DNA from: a bacterium
GTDB taxonomy: Bacteria; Electryoneota; JAOADG01
Direction of reading: 5' to 3'
Assembly: GCA_963681965.1 (NCBI GenBank)
Contig: OY820579.1
Location: forward strand, 3,296,001 to 3,360,000
Length of the DNA: 64,000 bases
Position numbers and translations under genes: made by a program. Under the pieces are notes generated by a model. That model was not told the origin of the DNA, did no database searches, and saw only the letters and a list, made by a program, of their open reading frames with translations. Positions 21,995 to 31,139 of this stretch are shown here, in pieces; positions within the stretch are counted from its first letter, which is position 1, and every line of letters begins with the position of its first letter.

Positions 21995-22620
21995 TGCCGA
22001 TCTCCGAATCGGCATATTTTTTCCGTAGGGGCGTATGGCATACGCCCTTTCTGTTATCTTTTCTTCTTGTGTCCTGTAGTAGGGGCGGGCTCCCATGCCC
22101 GCCCGTTCGTGTATCCTGATTTGTCATTGCGAGGAATGCGCCGTACGGCGTATGTGGCAACCTACTATTTTTTCTGTTTATTCTTTTTGGTAGGGGCGGT
22201 TCGCGAACCGCCCGCCATCTTATATATCTTGATTTGTCGTTGCGAGGAATGCGCCGTACGGCGCGTGACGTGGCAATCTATTTTTTTTTGTAGCCGCAGG
22301 CTTTAGCCTGCGATTTTCTTATTCTTGAATCTTTGTATCCTTTATCCTGAAGTAGGGGCGGGTCCCCGCGCCCGCCCGGTCTGGTGATTTTTTTTGGTAG
22401 CGGCGGACTTTAGTCCGCGTATTGTTTTATTAAAATGATTTTACAAGAATGGCGGACTGAAGTCCGCCGCTACCGAATGAAAAAAAGATTGCCTCAGCCA
22501 CTGCAGGGCTTCGCAATGACAAATCAACAAAATGGGTGTTGGATAATGGGTGGTAGGTGGTGGGAAAAGATAAAGAAAATGATTCAAGACCGGGCGGGCG
22601 CGGGGACCCGCCCCTACTAT
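21991..22620. repeat. large REP-like hairpin mosaic
   Basis: Several GTAG hairpin families plus GTCATTGCGA..GCAATC-type palindromes, separated by pyrimidine- or purine-skewed linkers. Confidence 0.9.
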
Positions 22621-22749
22621 ATGCTGCGAATATTTACAATTTGGCAGGAATTTCGCTTGGATCTGTTTTGATCCTATACTATTATATTACCATCCCGATA
22701 ATCCGATTACGAACCAATTGCACTGCTATCATCGAGAAAGGAACCACCC

Positions 22750-24135
22750 ATGAAACCGCTCCGTATTCTGCCGTTCCTGCTGGTATCGCTTACTCTGCTC
22801 CTCTCGCTGAACAGCGCGCTGGCACAGGACAGCTCCGGTGTTCGCTGTCTCGGACGGTTTTGGCAAACCAACTCGCTAGGGGTAGCGGTACAGGGCAATT
22901 ATGCCTACGTCGCTGATGGAACATCAGGCTTGCGAATCATCGATATCAGCAATCCGACAAACCCACAACAAGTCGGATTCTACGATACTCCTGGCTTTGC
23001 ACAAGGCGTAACCGTTTCTGGTAATTACGCCTATGTTGCTGATTACACTTCCGGTTTGCGAATCATCGGTATTAGCAATCCGGAAAATCCGCAACAAGTT
23101 GGATTCTACGATACGCCCGGGTATGCACATGGTGTCACCGTTTCCGGCAATTATGCCTATGTTGCCGATGATTACTCTGGTTTGCGAATCATCAATATCA
23201 GCAATCCGGCAAATCCGCAACAAGTTGGTTTCTACGATACGCCCGGGAATGCCCATGGTGTCACCGTTTCCGGCAACTATGCCTATGTAGCCGATGGAGG
23301 ATCCGGTTTACGCATCATCAATATCAGCAATCCGGAAAATCCGCAACCAGTCGGATTCTACGATACACCTGGATATGCTTACGGCGTCACTGTTTCCGGC
23401 AACTATGCCTATGTCGCCGATTAAGGATCCGGTTTACGAATCATCAATATCAGCAATCCGGAAAATCCGCAACAGGTCGGTTTCTACGATACGCCCGGTT
23501 ATGCATATGGTGTCACCGTTTCCGGCAATTATGCCTATGTTGCCGATAGAGAATCCGGTTTACGAATCATCGATGTCAGCAATCCGGCAAGCCCGCAGGA
23601 AGTCGGTTCCTACGATACCCCCGGGTATGCATTTGGAGTAACAGTTTCCGGCAACTATGCCTATGTCGCCGACGGGGATCATGGATTGCGAATCATCAAC
23701 ATCGCAAGTCGGGAACATCCGTATGAGGTCGGATTCTACAATACACCCAGTTACGCATACGATTGTGCTGTGGTGGGCGATACGGTTTATCTGGCAGATG
23801 GATCAAATCTCGGCATCTACGACTGCTCGCAGGCACTCGGTGTGGTCGATCGCGTCAGCGAAACGGTTCCCACTAACTTCTCGCTGAAACCGAATTATCC
23901 CAATCCATTTAATGCCACCACTTCCATCCGCTATGCGATTGCAAAGAGCGGAAAGGTCGATCTGCGGGTATTCGATGTGGCTGGCAAAGAGATCGCGAAA
24001 CTGGTCAATTTCTATCAGGATCCCGGTGAATACACGTTTACATTCGATGGCAAGAGTCTCGCCACTGGCACGTATTTCGTGCGCCTCACCGCCGGCAATT
24101 TCACCCAGACTCAGAAGATCGTTCTCTTGAAGTAG
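22750..24135 (+). pseudogene. secreted LVIVD-repeat beta-propeller with T9SS type-A C-terminal sorting domain, interrupted by an in-frame TAA at 23422-23424
   Basis: Signal peptide, about 7 repeats of 42 aa ([23 protein letters not shown]), NYPNPFN..KIVLLK; ORFs 22750-23424 and 23686-24135 are in the same frame. Confidence 0.85.
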
Positions 24136-24429
24136 TGCCGATCTCCGAATCGGCTCTTTTGTCGTTTTATCCTTTTCTCTATTCAATCGATAAAGATGGA
24201 AAAAAGATTGAAAAACGCCCAATCGGAGTTGGGCAGTAGTGCCGATCTCCGAATCGGCATCTTTTTTCCGTAGGGGCGTATCGCATACGCCCTTTCTGTT
24301 ATCTTTTCTTCTTGTGTCCTGTAGTAGGGGCGGGTCCCCGCGCCCGCCCGGTCTTGAATCATTTTCATTATCTTTTCCCACCACCTACCACCCATTACCC
24401 AACACCCATTTTGTTGATTTGTCATTGCG
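24132..24429. repeat. REP-like mosaic (left part, interrupted by IS)
   Basis: GTAGTGCCGATCTCCGAATCGGC twice, GTAGGGGCGTATCGCATACGCCC, GTAGGGGCGGGTCCCCGCGCCCGCCC. Confidence 0.88.
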
Positions 24430-25492
24430 GGCATAAACGCAAAAATGTGTGCTGAGATCGCTAGTAACTCAAGATTTTCTTTGCTATTATAAGAACCATT
24501 TGCTAACGTAAATCACTTAGGTGCACTTTCATGGCTCTTCGACATTGTCCAATTTGCCTCTGCACGGATCTAAAAAAACGGTCATTACAGTAACGGTCGT
24601 CAACGCTGGTTTTGTCGTACTTGTCGGCATTCATTCCGCCATGAGCGTCGATCTCCCGACTGGTTTCAGCTTTGGATCGCCGAAGGATATTCGATCCGTC
24701 AACTCTGCTGCCAAAGCGGCTGCAGTCCACGCTCGTTATGGAACACGATCCAACAAAGGCTGTCGGAGCCACCGCCGGACGATTTCGGTTCGCTTTCGCA
24801 TCACCGTCATCTATTGATCGACGGGACGTTTCTGACACGGAGCGCATCGATCGTCGCTTTGATGGATGGCGCGTCGACGACGATCGTCGACGGTTCTTAC
24901 AATGTAAAAGAAAACGTTGCCGACCAGGTTCGACGCTTCTTGCAACCTCTTATCGCACGCGGCCTGAACCCGATCAGTTGCACTGTCGACGGAAACCCGC
25001 ATGTAATACGGATTCTGCGCGAATTATGGCCGCAGATCAAGGTGCAGCGTTGCCTTGTACACATCCAACGTCAGGGATTACGGTGGTGTCGTCGCAATCC
25101 TAAAAGAACCGATGCCAGGAAACTAGCGGAACTGTTTACGACGGTCGTTGAGATCGATACTAAAGCCAAACGCGACAGCTTTATAAAAAAAACACAACAA
25201 TGGGAAAAGCGCTATGGCAAAGCGGTCGCGGCACCGACTGGCGGTTGGATCGCAAGCGACCTGAAATGTGCCAGAAGTATGCTGTTAAAGGCGATCCCGG
25301 ATATGTTCTATTATCTCGACGAACCAACCATACCAACGTCAACCAATGCGTTGGAAGGATACTTTTCGCGATTGAAAGCGAAGTATCGGAACCACCGCGG
25401 ACTCAAAGAACAGAAACGATTCAATTACTTCAAATGGTACTTTCAAATGACACCTAAGTAGCGATCCCAGCACACATTTTTGCGTTTATGCC
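24430..25492 (+). mobile_element. insertion sequence (~1.06 kb), IS256-like with N-terminal Zn ribbon
   Basis: Terminal inverted repeats GGCATAAACGCAAAAATGTGTGCTG(A/G)GATCGCTA with 1 mismatch; target duplication CATTGCG (or ATTGC if the TIR is one base longer); the empty-site sequence occurs inverted at 22488-22530. Confidence 0.93.
24531..25461 (+). CDS. DDE transposase (IS256/Mutator-like), frameshifted at A7 run 24572-24578
   Basis: MALRHCPICLCTDLK then, in another frame, NGHYSNGRQRWFCRTC...LIDGTF...VDGN...WPQIKVQRCLVH...TSTNALEGYFSRLK. Confidence 0.8.
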
Positions 25493-25765
25493 CATTGCGA
25501 AGCCCTGCAGTGGCTGAGGCAATCTTTTTTCATTCGGTAGCGGCGGACTTCAGTCCGCCATTCTTGTAAAATCATTTAAAAAAAACAATACGCGGACTAA
25601 AGTCCGCCGCTACCAAAAAAAATCACCAGACCGGGCGGCGCGGGAACCCGCCCCTACTAAAAAAGAGAGTCGGAATAAATTTCGACCTACTGAAAAAAAG
25701 GGGATCGCAGGCTCGGAGGTCTGCGCCACCGAAAGGATGGGTGATGGGTGATGGGTGGTGGTTGA
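25493..25765. repeat. REP-like mosaic (right part)
   Basis: Continuation of the interrupted palindrome, GTAGCGGCGGACTTCAGTCCGC doublet, GTCGGAATAAATTTCGACCTAC, CGCAGGCTCGGAGGTCTGCGCCAC. Confidence 0.88.
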
Positions 25766-25778
25766 GGATGAATTAATC

Positions 25779-26303
25779 TTAAGCAATATGATTTTGAGCC
25801 ATCAACAAATCGAGATATGCCCCGGCAATCAAATCCTCTTCGCGGATATCGATCAATTTCATTAAGTTAGCAGCAATCGCTTGACCCTCTTCCACAGTCT
25901 GTTCCGGTGTCAAAACCACTTCGAGTTCGAGAAAGTCACCCAACCCTTCGACCCGATCCAAATGGACCCGCGTTTGACCAATCAAATAAAGATGACGTAC
26001 TTTCTTAACTTCACCCACTATTCCATTGGATAATGCAAGAGTTCGAGTTAACTGTTCAGGATCATTCGTGCGGTAAATCAGATAGTTGGAAACCTTCGCA
26101 TCGGTGTGGTCGGAACGCTGGTAAAAGATCAACTCCCCCAACCCATCCGGAAACACCCGCAGCTTCAATCGTCCATTCGGACAATTGAAAAAGGTATCGC
26201 TCTGGCGAAGCACGACACATTCCGAAGTTGCGAGTTGCGCGACCCGTGCTTCGGTCGCAGCCAAATCCCGCAGTCGTGCCTTGATTTCGATGTTTCGATT
26301 CAT
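25779..26303 (-). CDS. CYTH-domain protein (class IV adenylate cyclase/CyaB-like)
   Basis: NIEIKAR (ExExK-like), GRLKLR, HLDRVEGLGDFLELEVVL. Confidence 0.9.
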   Translation of the reverse strand: MNRNIEIKARLRDLAATEARVAQLATSECVVLRQSDTFFNCPNGRLKLRVFPDGLGELIFYQRSDHTDAKVSNYLIYRTNDPEQLTRTLALSNGIVGEVKKVRHLYLIGQTRVHLDRVEGLGDFLELEVVLTPEQTVEEGQAIAANLMKLIDIREEDLIAGAYLDLLMAQNHIA

Positions 26304-26374
26304 TGCTCCATCCATAAAAAAAAGGTCGAACGTTACCGTTCAACCTTCCAAAAAAATGTTACTGCAACAAGCTG

Positions 26375-27100
26375 CTACCGTGTTGCTCGTGACGTCGAAT
26401 CCGCAACGATCGTGGAATTCTTCAGATCGGGTTCGTTCGGATCGCCCCCCTCTTCGATGTGCAGAGTCACTGGCGGAACGGCATGAAGGATATCGGGAAT
26501 ATCCAACCGGCGTGCGCCATAATATCGCTTCGCCCAGTAGCCCGATTCGATTGTCGATACGGTCACTCCGCGTCGCGAAGCGTGGGCAAAACGCCCTTCG
26601 CTCAAATAAATCCCGACATGATTGACCCGGGTCTTGCGCCGGGCAAAGATCAGAATGTCGCCGTAGCGCAATGAATCACGCACGACCGTCTTTTCGATTT
26701 TCGCGATATCGCGCGAATTGCGGGGTAAGTCAATTCCCAACGATTCGAATACTTCATTGACAAAACCGGAACAATCGATCCCTTTGCGGCTCTTGCCACC
26801 GTACCGGTAGCGCGTTCCCAACCACTGTGCGATCGCCACCGTCAACGGGTGTTGTTTACCGGAAATATCCATGCTGTCAAGCGATTTTTCCGAATGCGTC
26901 GCTAAATAGATATCGAGTTCGGCTTGGTCTAACGTGTCTTCGGTGAATAAGGGAGAAGGTTTTGAGTAATCGTATGCTTGAGCGGGTGGTTTGAGAATGG
27001 GTGTTTCCCTGCAGAAATAGCGTGGTGCGGAAACACACCCGGCGAGGATAATCGACAGTGGTAATAATAGCAATAGTAGGCGCTTCGTCGGTTTCTTCAT
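26375..27100 (-). CDS. NlpC/P60 family lipoprotein peptidase
   Basis: Lipobox ILAGC, YRYGG..GIDCSGFV, HVGIY, FAHAS. Confidence 0.93.
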   Translation of the reverse strand: MKKPTKRLLLLLLPLSIILAGCVSAPRYFCRETPILKPPAQAYDYSKPSPLFTEDTLDQAELDIYLATHSEKSLDSMDISGKQHPLTVAIAQWLGTRYRYGGKSRKGIDCSGFVNEVFESLGIDLPRNSRDIAKIEKTVVRDSLRYGDILIFARRKTRVNHVGIYLSEGRFAHASRRGVTVSTIESGYWAKRYYGARRLDIPDILHAVPPVTLHIEEGGDPNEPDLKNSTIVADSTSRATR

Positions 27101-27191
27101 ATCGCTCAAGTTAGGTCTCGTTCGTAGCAAATTAGTGCGAGAAAATCATCCTCAATCGTATCGATCGAGTCTTCACCACGAACAAAACCGG

Positions 27192-28052
27192 TTAGTCAAG
27201 AATTAATCGGGCTATTAATTGTTTCCGATGATCATCGGAAGTATATGTTAATACTATTTTTCCACGTTCTTCGTTGCCCGTTAACGTAACGATGCAACCG
27301 AACTTCTCTTCCAATTTACTACGCAAAACCGGATCGTCAAAATCGGAGCGATTGACCGCTTTTTGTCGCGGCATTCGCTTCACACCAACGAAGTTCTGGA
27401 CCAGCAATTCGGTTTGACGCACATTCATATTTTGCTCTAAGATAGTGCGCCAAAGCATCGGAATATCCTTATCTTGTGCGCCAAGCAATGCACGTCCGTG
27501 CCCCTCGCTGATTTCAGCCCGTCGAATGCTTTCCTGTACAGCACTTGGTAGCGTCAACAACCGTAACGTATTGGTTACTGTCGGTCGTGCCCGTCCAAGA
27601 TGCTTCGCCAGTTCCTCATGTTTCCAACCCGTCTCTTCGAGCACTCGCTGGCAACCGATCGCAAATTCAATCGCATTCAGATCTTCACGCTGCAAATTCT
27701 CCATCAGCGTGATCACGCCCCGCTCACCGTCGTTCAGATCGTGCAACACCCGCGCCGGAATTTCCACCAGTCCGGCAATCTTCGATGCTCGTAACCGCCG
27801 CTCCCCAGCCAATAATTGAAAGACGCCCGGTTCCAGCTCTTCCACCAGAATCGGTTGCAAAACCCCTTGTTCGCTAATCGAATCAGCCAACTCTTTGAGT
27901 GCCGCCATGTCGAAATCACGGCGCGGTTGTAACGGATTCGGCGCAATCGCATCGACCGGGACCGCGCGAAATTCTTTCGGTTCGGTATCCTCGGTGGCAC
28001 CCGGGATCAATGCGGACAATCCCCGCCCTAAACTTGGCATTTTAGTTTTCAT
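27192..28052 (-). CDS. parB: chromosome partitioning protein ParB
   Basis: LGRGLSALI, NPLQPRRDF, GVLQPI, AGERRLRA, ENLQREDL, HTH. Confidence 0.96.
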   Translation of the reverse strand: MKTKMPSLGRGLSALIPGATEDTEPKEFRAVPVDAIAPNPLQPRRDFDMAALKELADSISEQGVLQPILVEELEPGVFQLLAGERRLRASKIAGLVEIPARVLHDLNDGERGVITLMENLQREDLNAIEFAIGCQRVLEETGWKHEELAKHLGRARPTVTNTLRLLTLPSAVQESIRRAEISEGHGRALLGAQDKDIPMLWRTILEQNMNVRQTELLVQNFVGVKRMPRQKAVNRSDFDDPVLRSKLEEKFGCIVTLTGNEERGKIVLTYTSDDHRKQLIARLILD

Positions 28053-28809
28053 CGAAAATCAACTCCTCGGCTAACGCGAGATAGTTTTTCGCACCGCGGC
28101 TGGTGATATCATATTGAAAAATCGGCAATCCGTGCGAAGGTGCTTCAGATAATTTAACCGACCGGAAGATCGCCGTATCGAATACCCGCCCTTTGAAAAA
28201 TCGCTTGACGTCGTCGCGCACCTGTTTCGAGAGACTGAGACGCTGATCGTACATCGTCAACACTGCCCCCTCGATTTCGAGATTCGCGTTCAGATGTCGT
28301 TTGACCAACCGGATCGTATTCAACAGTTGGGTCAACCCTTCCAATGCATAATATTCGGCTTGAATCGGAATCAGTACCGAGTCGGCAGCCGTCAGTGCAT
28401 TCAAAGTCAACAACCCCAACGATGGGGGACAATCGATGATAATCCATTCGAAATCGTCACGCATACCGGCAGTAGCATTTTTCAACATCCGCTCGCGCGA
28501 CATCATCGGTACCAATTCGATTTCCGCACCAACCAATTTAATTTGCGCGGGAATCAGTTTGAGGAATTCCAATTGTGTATCGAGCAAACAATCAACGTAG
28601 GAAACCTCTTTCATCAGCAATTCATAACTACCGGGATGCTCCGCCGGCACTTCAACCCCAAGTCCACTCGTCGCATTCGCTTGCGGGTCGAGATCGATCA
28701 ATAGCGTCGGTCGTTCGGCTAAAGCAATGGCTGCAGCGAGATTGATCGCAGTGGTCGTCTTACCGACGCCACCTTTTTGATTGGCTACAACCATAATCTT
28801 ACCGGGCAT
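28042..28809 (-). CDS. parA: chromosome partitioning ATPase ParA/Soj
   Basis: NQKGGVGKTT, DLDPQANAT, IIDCPPSLG, EAPSHG. Confidence 0.96.
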   Translation of the reverse strand: MPGKIMVVANQKGGVGKTTTAINLAAAIALAERPTLLIDLDPQANATSGLGVEVPAEHPGSYELLMKEVSYVDCLLDTQLEFLKLIPAQIKLVGAEIELVPMMSRERMLKNATAGMRDDFEWIIIDCPPSLGLLTLNALTAADSVLIPIQAEYYALEGLTQLLNTIRLVKRHLNANLEIEGAVLTMYDQRLSLSKQVRDDVKRFFKGRVFDTAIFRSVKLSEAPSHGLPIFQYDITSRGAKNYLALAEELIFDEN

Positions 28810-28965
28810 GGTTCGCTTTGTCTCCTCAAGTTGCATTGCTAAGATCGAAAAAAATGTTCCACGAAACAAATAGCGACCCACCTAATTGGCAAGTCGCTAA
28901 AATATATAATGATAACTAACTGCATCAGAGTGTTTCACAAAAAATAGCCGAAACAGCCCGAAACA

Positions 28966-31077
28966 CTACGCTACATGACCAAATTCGATCCGTTCTGCGA
29001 ACCTCGCTTCGAATTCTTGCCAGATGTCGCTGCCGTCCGAACGCGGGTGCGCTTGGAAAAATCGGTCGGCTTCCTCCCGCATTCTCAATACCCAATCCTT
29101 GTCCTCTACCAGATCTGCCCATTTAAGTTCCGGTAAACCATGCTGACGGGTACCGAAATACTCCCCGGCACCCCGGAGACGGAGATCAATCTCGGAGAGT
29201 TCGAAACCGTCGGTCGATTTCTTCAATGCCGTAATCCGTTGCTGAACGATTTTCGAATCCAGTGAATAGACGATCAGCACACATTGCGAGGCAATTTTCC
29301 CGCGCCCGATCCGACCCCGCAACTGATGCAATTGCGAAAGTCCGAACCGCTCCGCATGTTCGATCACCAGCATCGTCGCATTCGGCACATCGACGCCTAC
29401 TTCAATCACAGTCGTGGCAATCAGCACTTTAAATTCGTTCCGGTAGAACCGGTGCAGTACGCTATTCTTCTCTTCCAGCGACATCCGTCCGTGCAACAGA
29501 CCGCACTCGACATCGGACAAAATGCCGGTGCGCAGTTTCTCATATTCCGCAGTCGCCGCTTTCAGATCCATTACGTCGCTCTCTTCCACCAGTGGAAAAA
29601 CGACGTAGCTCTGCCTTCCCGCCAGTGCATTGTCGCGAACCAGGTGATACACTTCATCCCGTTTGCTCGGCGTCACACCTACCGTCTTGATCGCTCCACG
29701 CTGTGCCGGTTTTTCGTCTAGCCGCGACACATCCAGATCGCCGAACAGCGTCATGGCAAGTGTCCGGGGAATCGGCGTCGCCGTCATCACCAGCGTGTGT
29801 ACTCCTGTCCCTTTTTCGGTCAAGATGCCGCGCTGCCGGACACCGAAGCGATGCTGTTCATCGATGATCGCAATGCCCAGTGAGTGAAATTTCACTCGCT
29901 GTTGAATCAAGGCGTGGGTGCCGATCAATACTTGAATATCGCCCGTCTGCACCCCGCCGAGAATCTCGCGCTGGCGGGCGGCACTCATCCCCGAAACCAG
30001 CAATCCAACCCGCACACCCAGTTCATCGAACCGCTCTACCGAAGTCAGGTAATGTTGCTCAGCCAGCACTTCGGTCGGTGCCATCAGCGCCCCCTGCCAG
30101 CCGGACTCGACGCCCATCATCAGACTTAGCAGCGCGATTACGGTTTTGCCGCTCCCGACATCGCCCTGCAATAGCCGCAGCATCGGACGCGGTTGCCGGA
30201 GATCTTTGTAGATCTCGTTGAGTACCCGTCGCTGTCCGTTGGTCAATTCGAATGGGAATTTTTTCAGCAGTCCGCGGGTCAAGTCGCCGACTTCTTGCAG
30301 GACTGGCGCCGATACTGCTTGGAATTCCGCGCGCTTTTTCCAGATTGCCAGTTGGAAAAAGAACAGCTCTTCTGCAACCCGGTAGCGCCGTCCGGCTTCC
30401 ACGTCCAGTTGCGATTCCGGCAGATGCAAATTCCGCAGTGCGGTGAGACGATCGGTCAATCCGCAGCGTGCCCGGCAATCTTCCGGCAGGGTTTCGGTCA
30501 GGGAAATATTTTCGAGGATCGATTGTGCCAATTTCTGATAGCCGCGACTCCCCAACCCGACCCGCGCCAGTCCTTCGTTGCCGGCATAGATCGGAACAAT
30601 CCTGCCATTCTCGCGGTAGGCGTCGCGCAGCTCTTCGTCGGGCAGTTTTTCTACGGCGGGGTGGGCGAAGGACGGTCGACCGCGGCTGAGCGTCACCTTC
30701 CCGGAAATGGCATACCACTCATCCACCACAAAGCTGTTGCGGAACAGGTGCAGTCCTTCGAAAAACGCCAACTCGAATTCGCCGGTGTCGTCGCGCATCA
30801 TCACCCGCAGTACCCGCTTGCGCATCCGACCGCGGAAAAATTGCTCACCGAACGACTCGACTTTCCCGATCACCGTCACAGCTTGCCCATCGCAGGTGAA
30901 CAGCTCGCCTGCCTGCTTCACATTCGTTCGGTCGACATACCGCCGGGGGTAGCGCAACAACGCTTCGCCGACGGTGAAGATCTCGACAGCCGCCAGCGCC
31001 TCACGCCGGTTTGCGCCGATGAGGCGTACCGCGTCGATGGGGGATTGCCATGTGAGTGCTTCGGGATTGGTGGTCAT
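28966..31077 (-). CDS. recG: ATP-dependent DNA helicase RecG
   Basis: [59 protein letters not shown]. Confidence 0.97.
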   Translation of the reverse strand: MTTNPEALTWQSPIDAVRLIGANRREALAAVEIFTVGEALLRYPRRYVDRTNVKQAGELFTCDGQAVTVIGKVESFGEQFFRGRMRKRVLRVMMRDDTGEFELAFFEGLHLFRNSFVVDEWYAISGKVTLSRGRPSFAHPAVEKLPDEELRDAYRENGRIVPIYAGNEGLARVGLGSRGYQKLAQSILENISLTETLPEDCRARCGLTDRLTALRNLHLPESQLDVEAGRRYRVAEELFFFQLAIWKKRAEFQAVSAPVLQEVGDLTRGLLKKFPFELTNGQRRVLNEIYKDLRQPRPMLRLLQGDVGSGKTVIALLSLMMGVESGWQGALMAPTEVLAEQHYLTSVERFDELGVRVGLLVSGMSAARQREILGGVQTGDIQVLIGTHALIQQRVKFHSLGIAIIDEQHRFGVRQRGILTEKGTGVHTLVMTATPIPRTLAMTLFGDLDVSRLDEKPAQRGAIKTVGVTPSKRDEVYHLVRDNALAGRQSYVVFPLVEESDVMDLKAATAEYEKLRTGILSDVECGLLHGRMSLEEKNSVLHRFYRNEFKVLIATTVIEVGVDVPNATMLVIEHAERFGLSQLHQLRGRIGRGKIASQCVLIVYSLDSKIVQQRITALKKSTDGFELSEIDLRLRGAGEYFGTRQHGLPELKWADLVEDKDWVLRMREEADRFFQAHPRSDGSDIWQEFEARFAERIEFGHVA

Positions 31078-31139
31078 TAATCGGAAACCGTATTGTTTGA
31101 TCAATCAAAGATGAGCTTTTTTTTCGGACAGTTCAAGTC

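Noticed and set aside
23422-23424. Selenocysteine/pyrrolysine or alternative genetic code
   Set aside because: The codon is TAA, which terminates many normal genes in this window
22897-23770. Diversity-generating retroelement target/template pair
   Set aside because: No reverse transcriptase or non-coding template repeat in the window; differences between repeats include many non-adenine synonymous changes
21991-25765. Classical integron with attC cassettes
   Set aside because: No integrase; hairpins lack RYYYAAC/GTTRRRY ends; the genes carry their own leader
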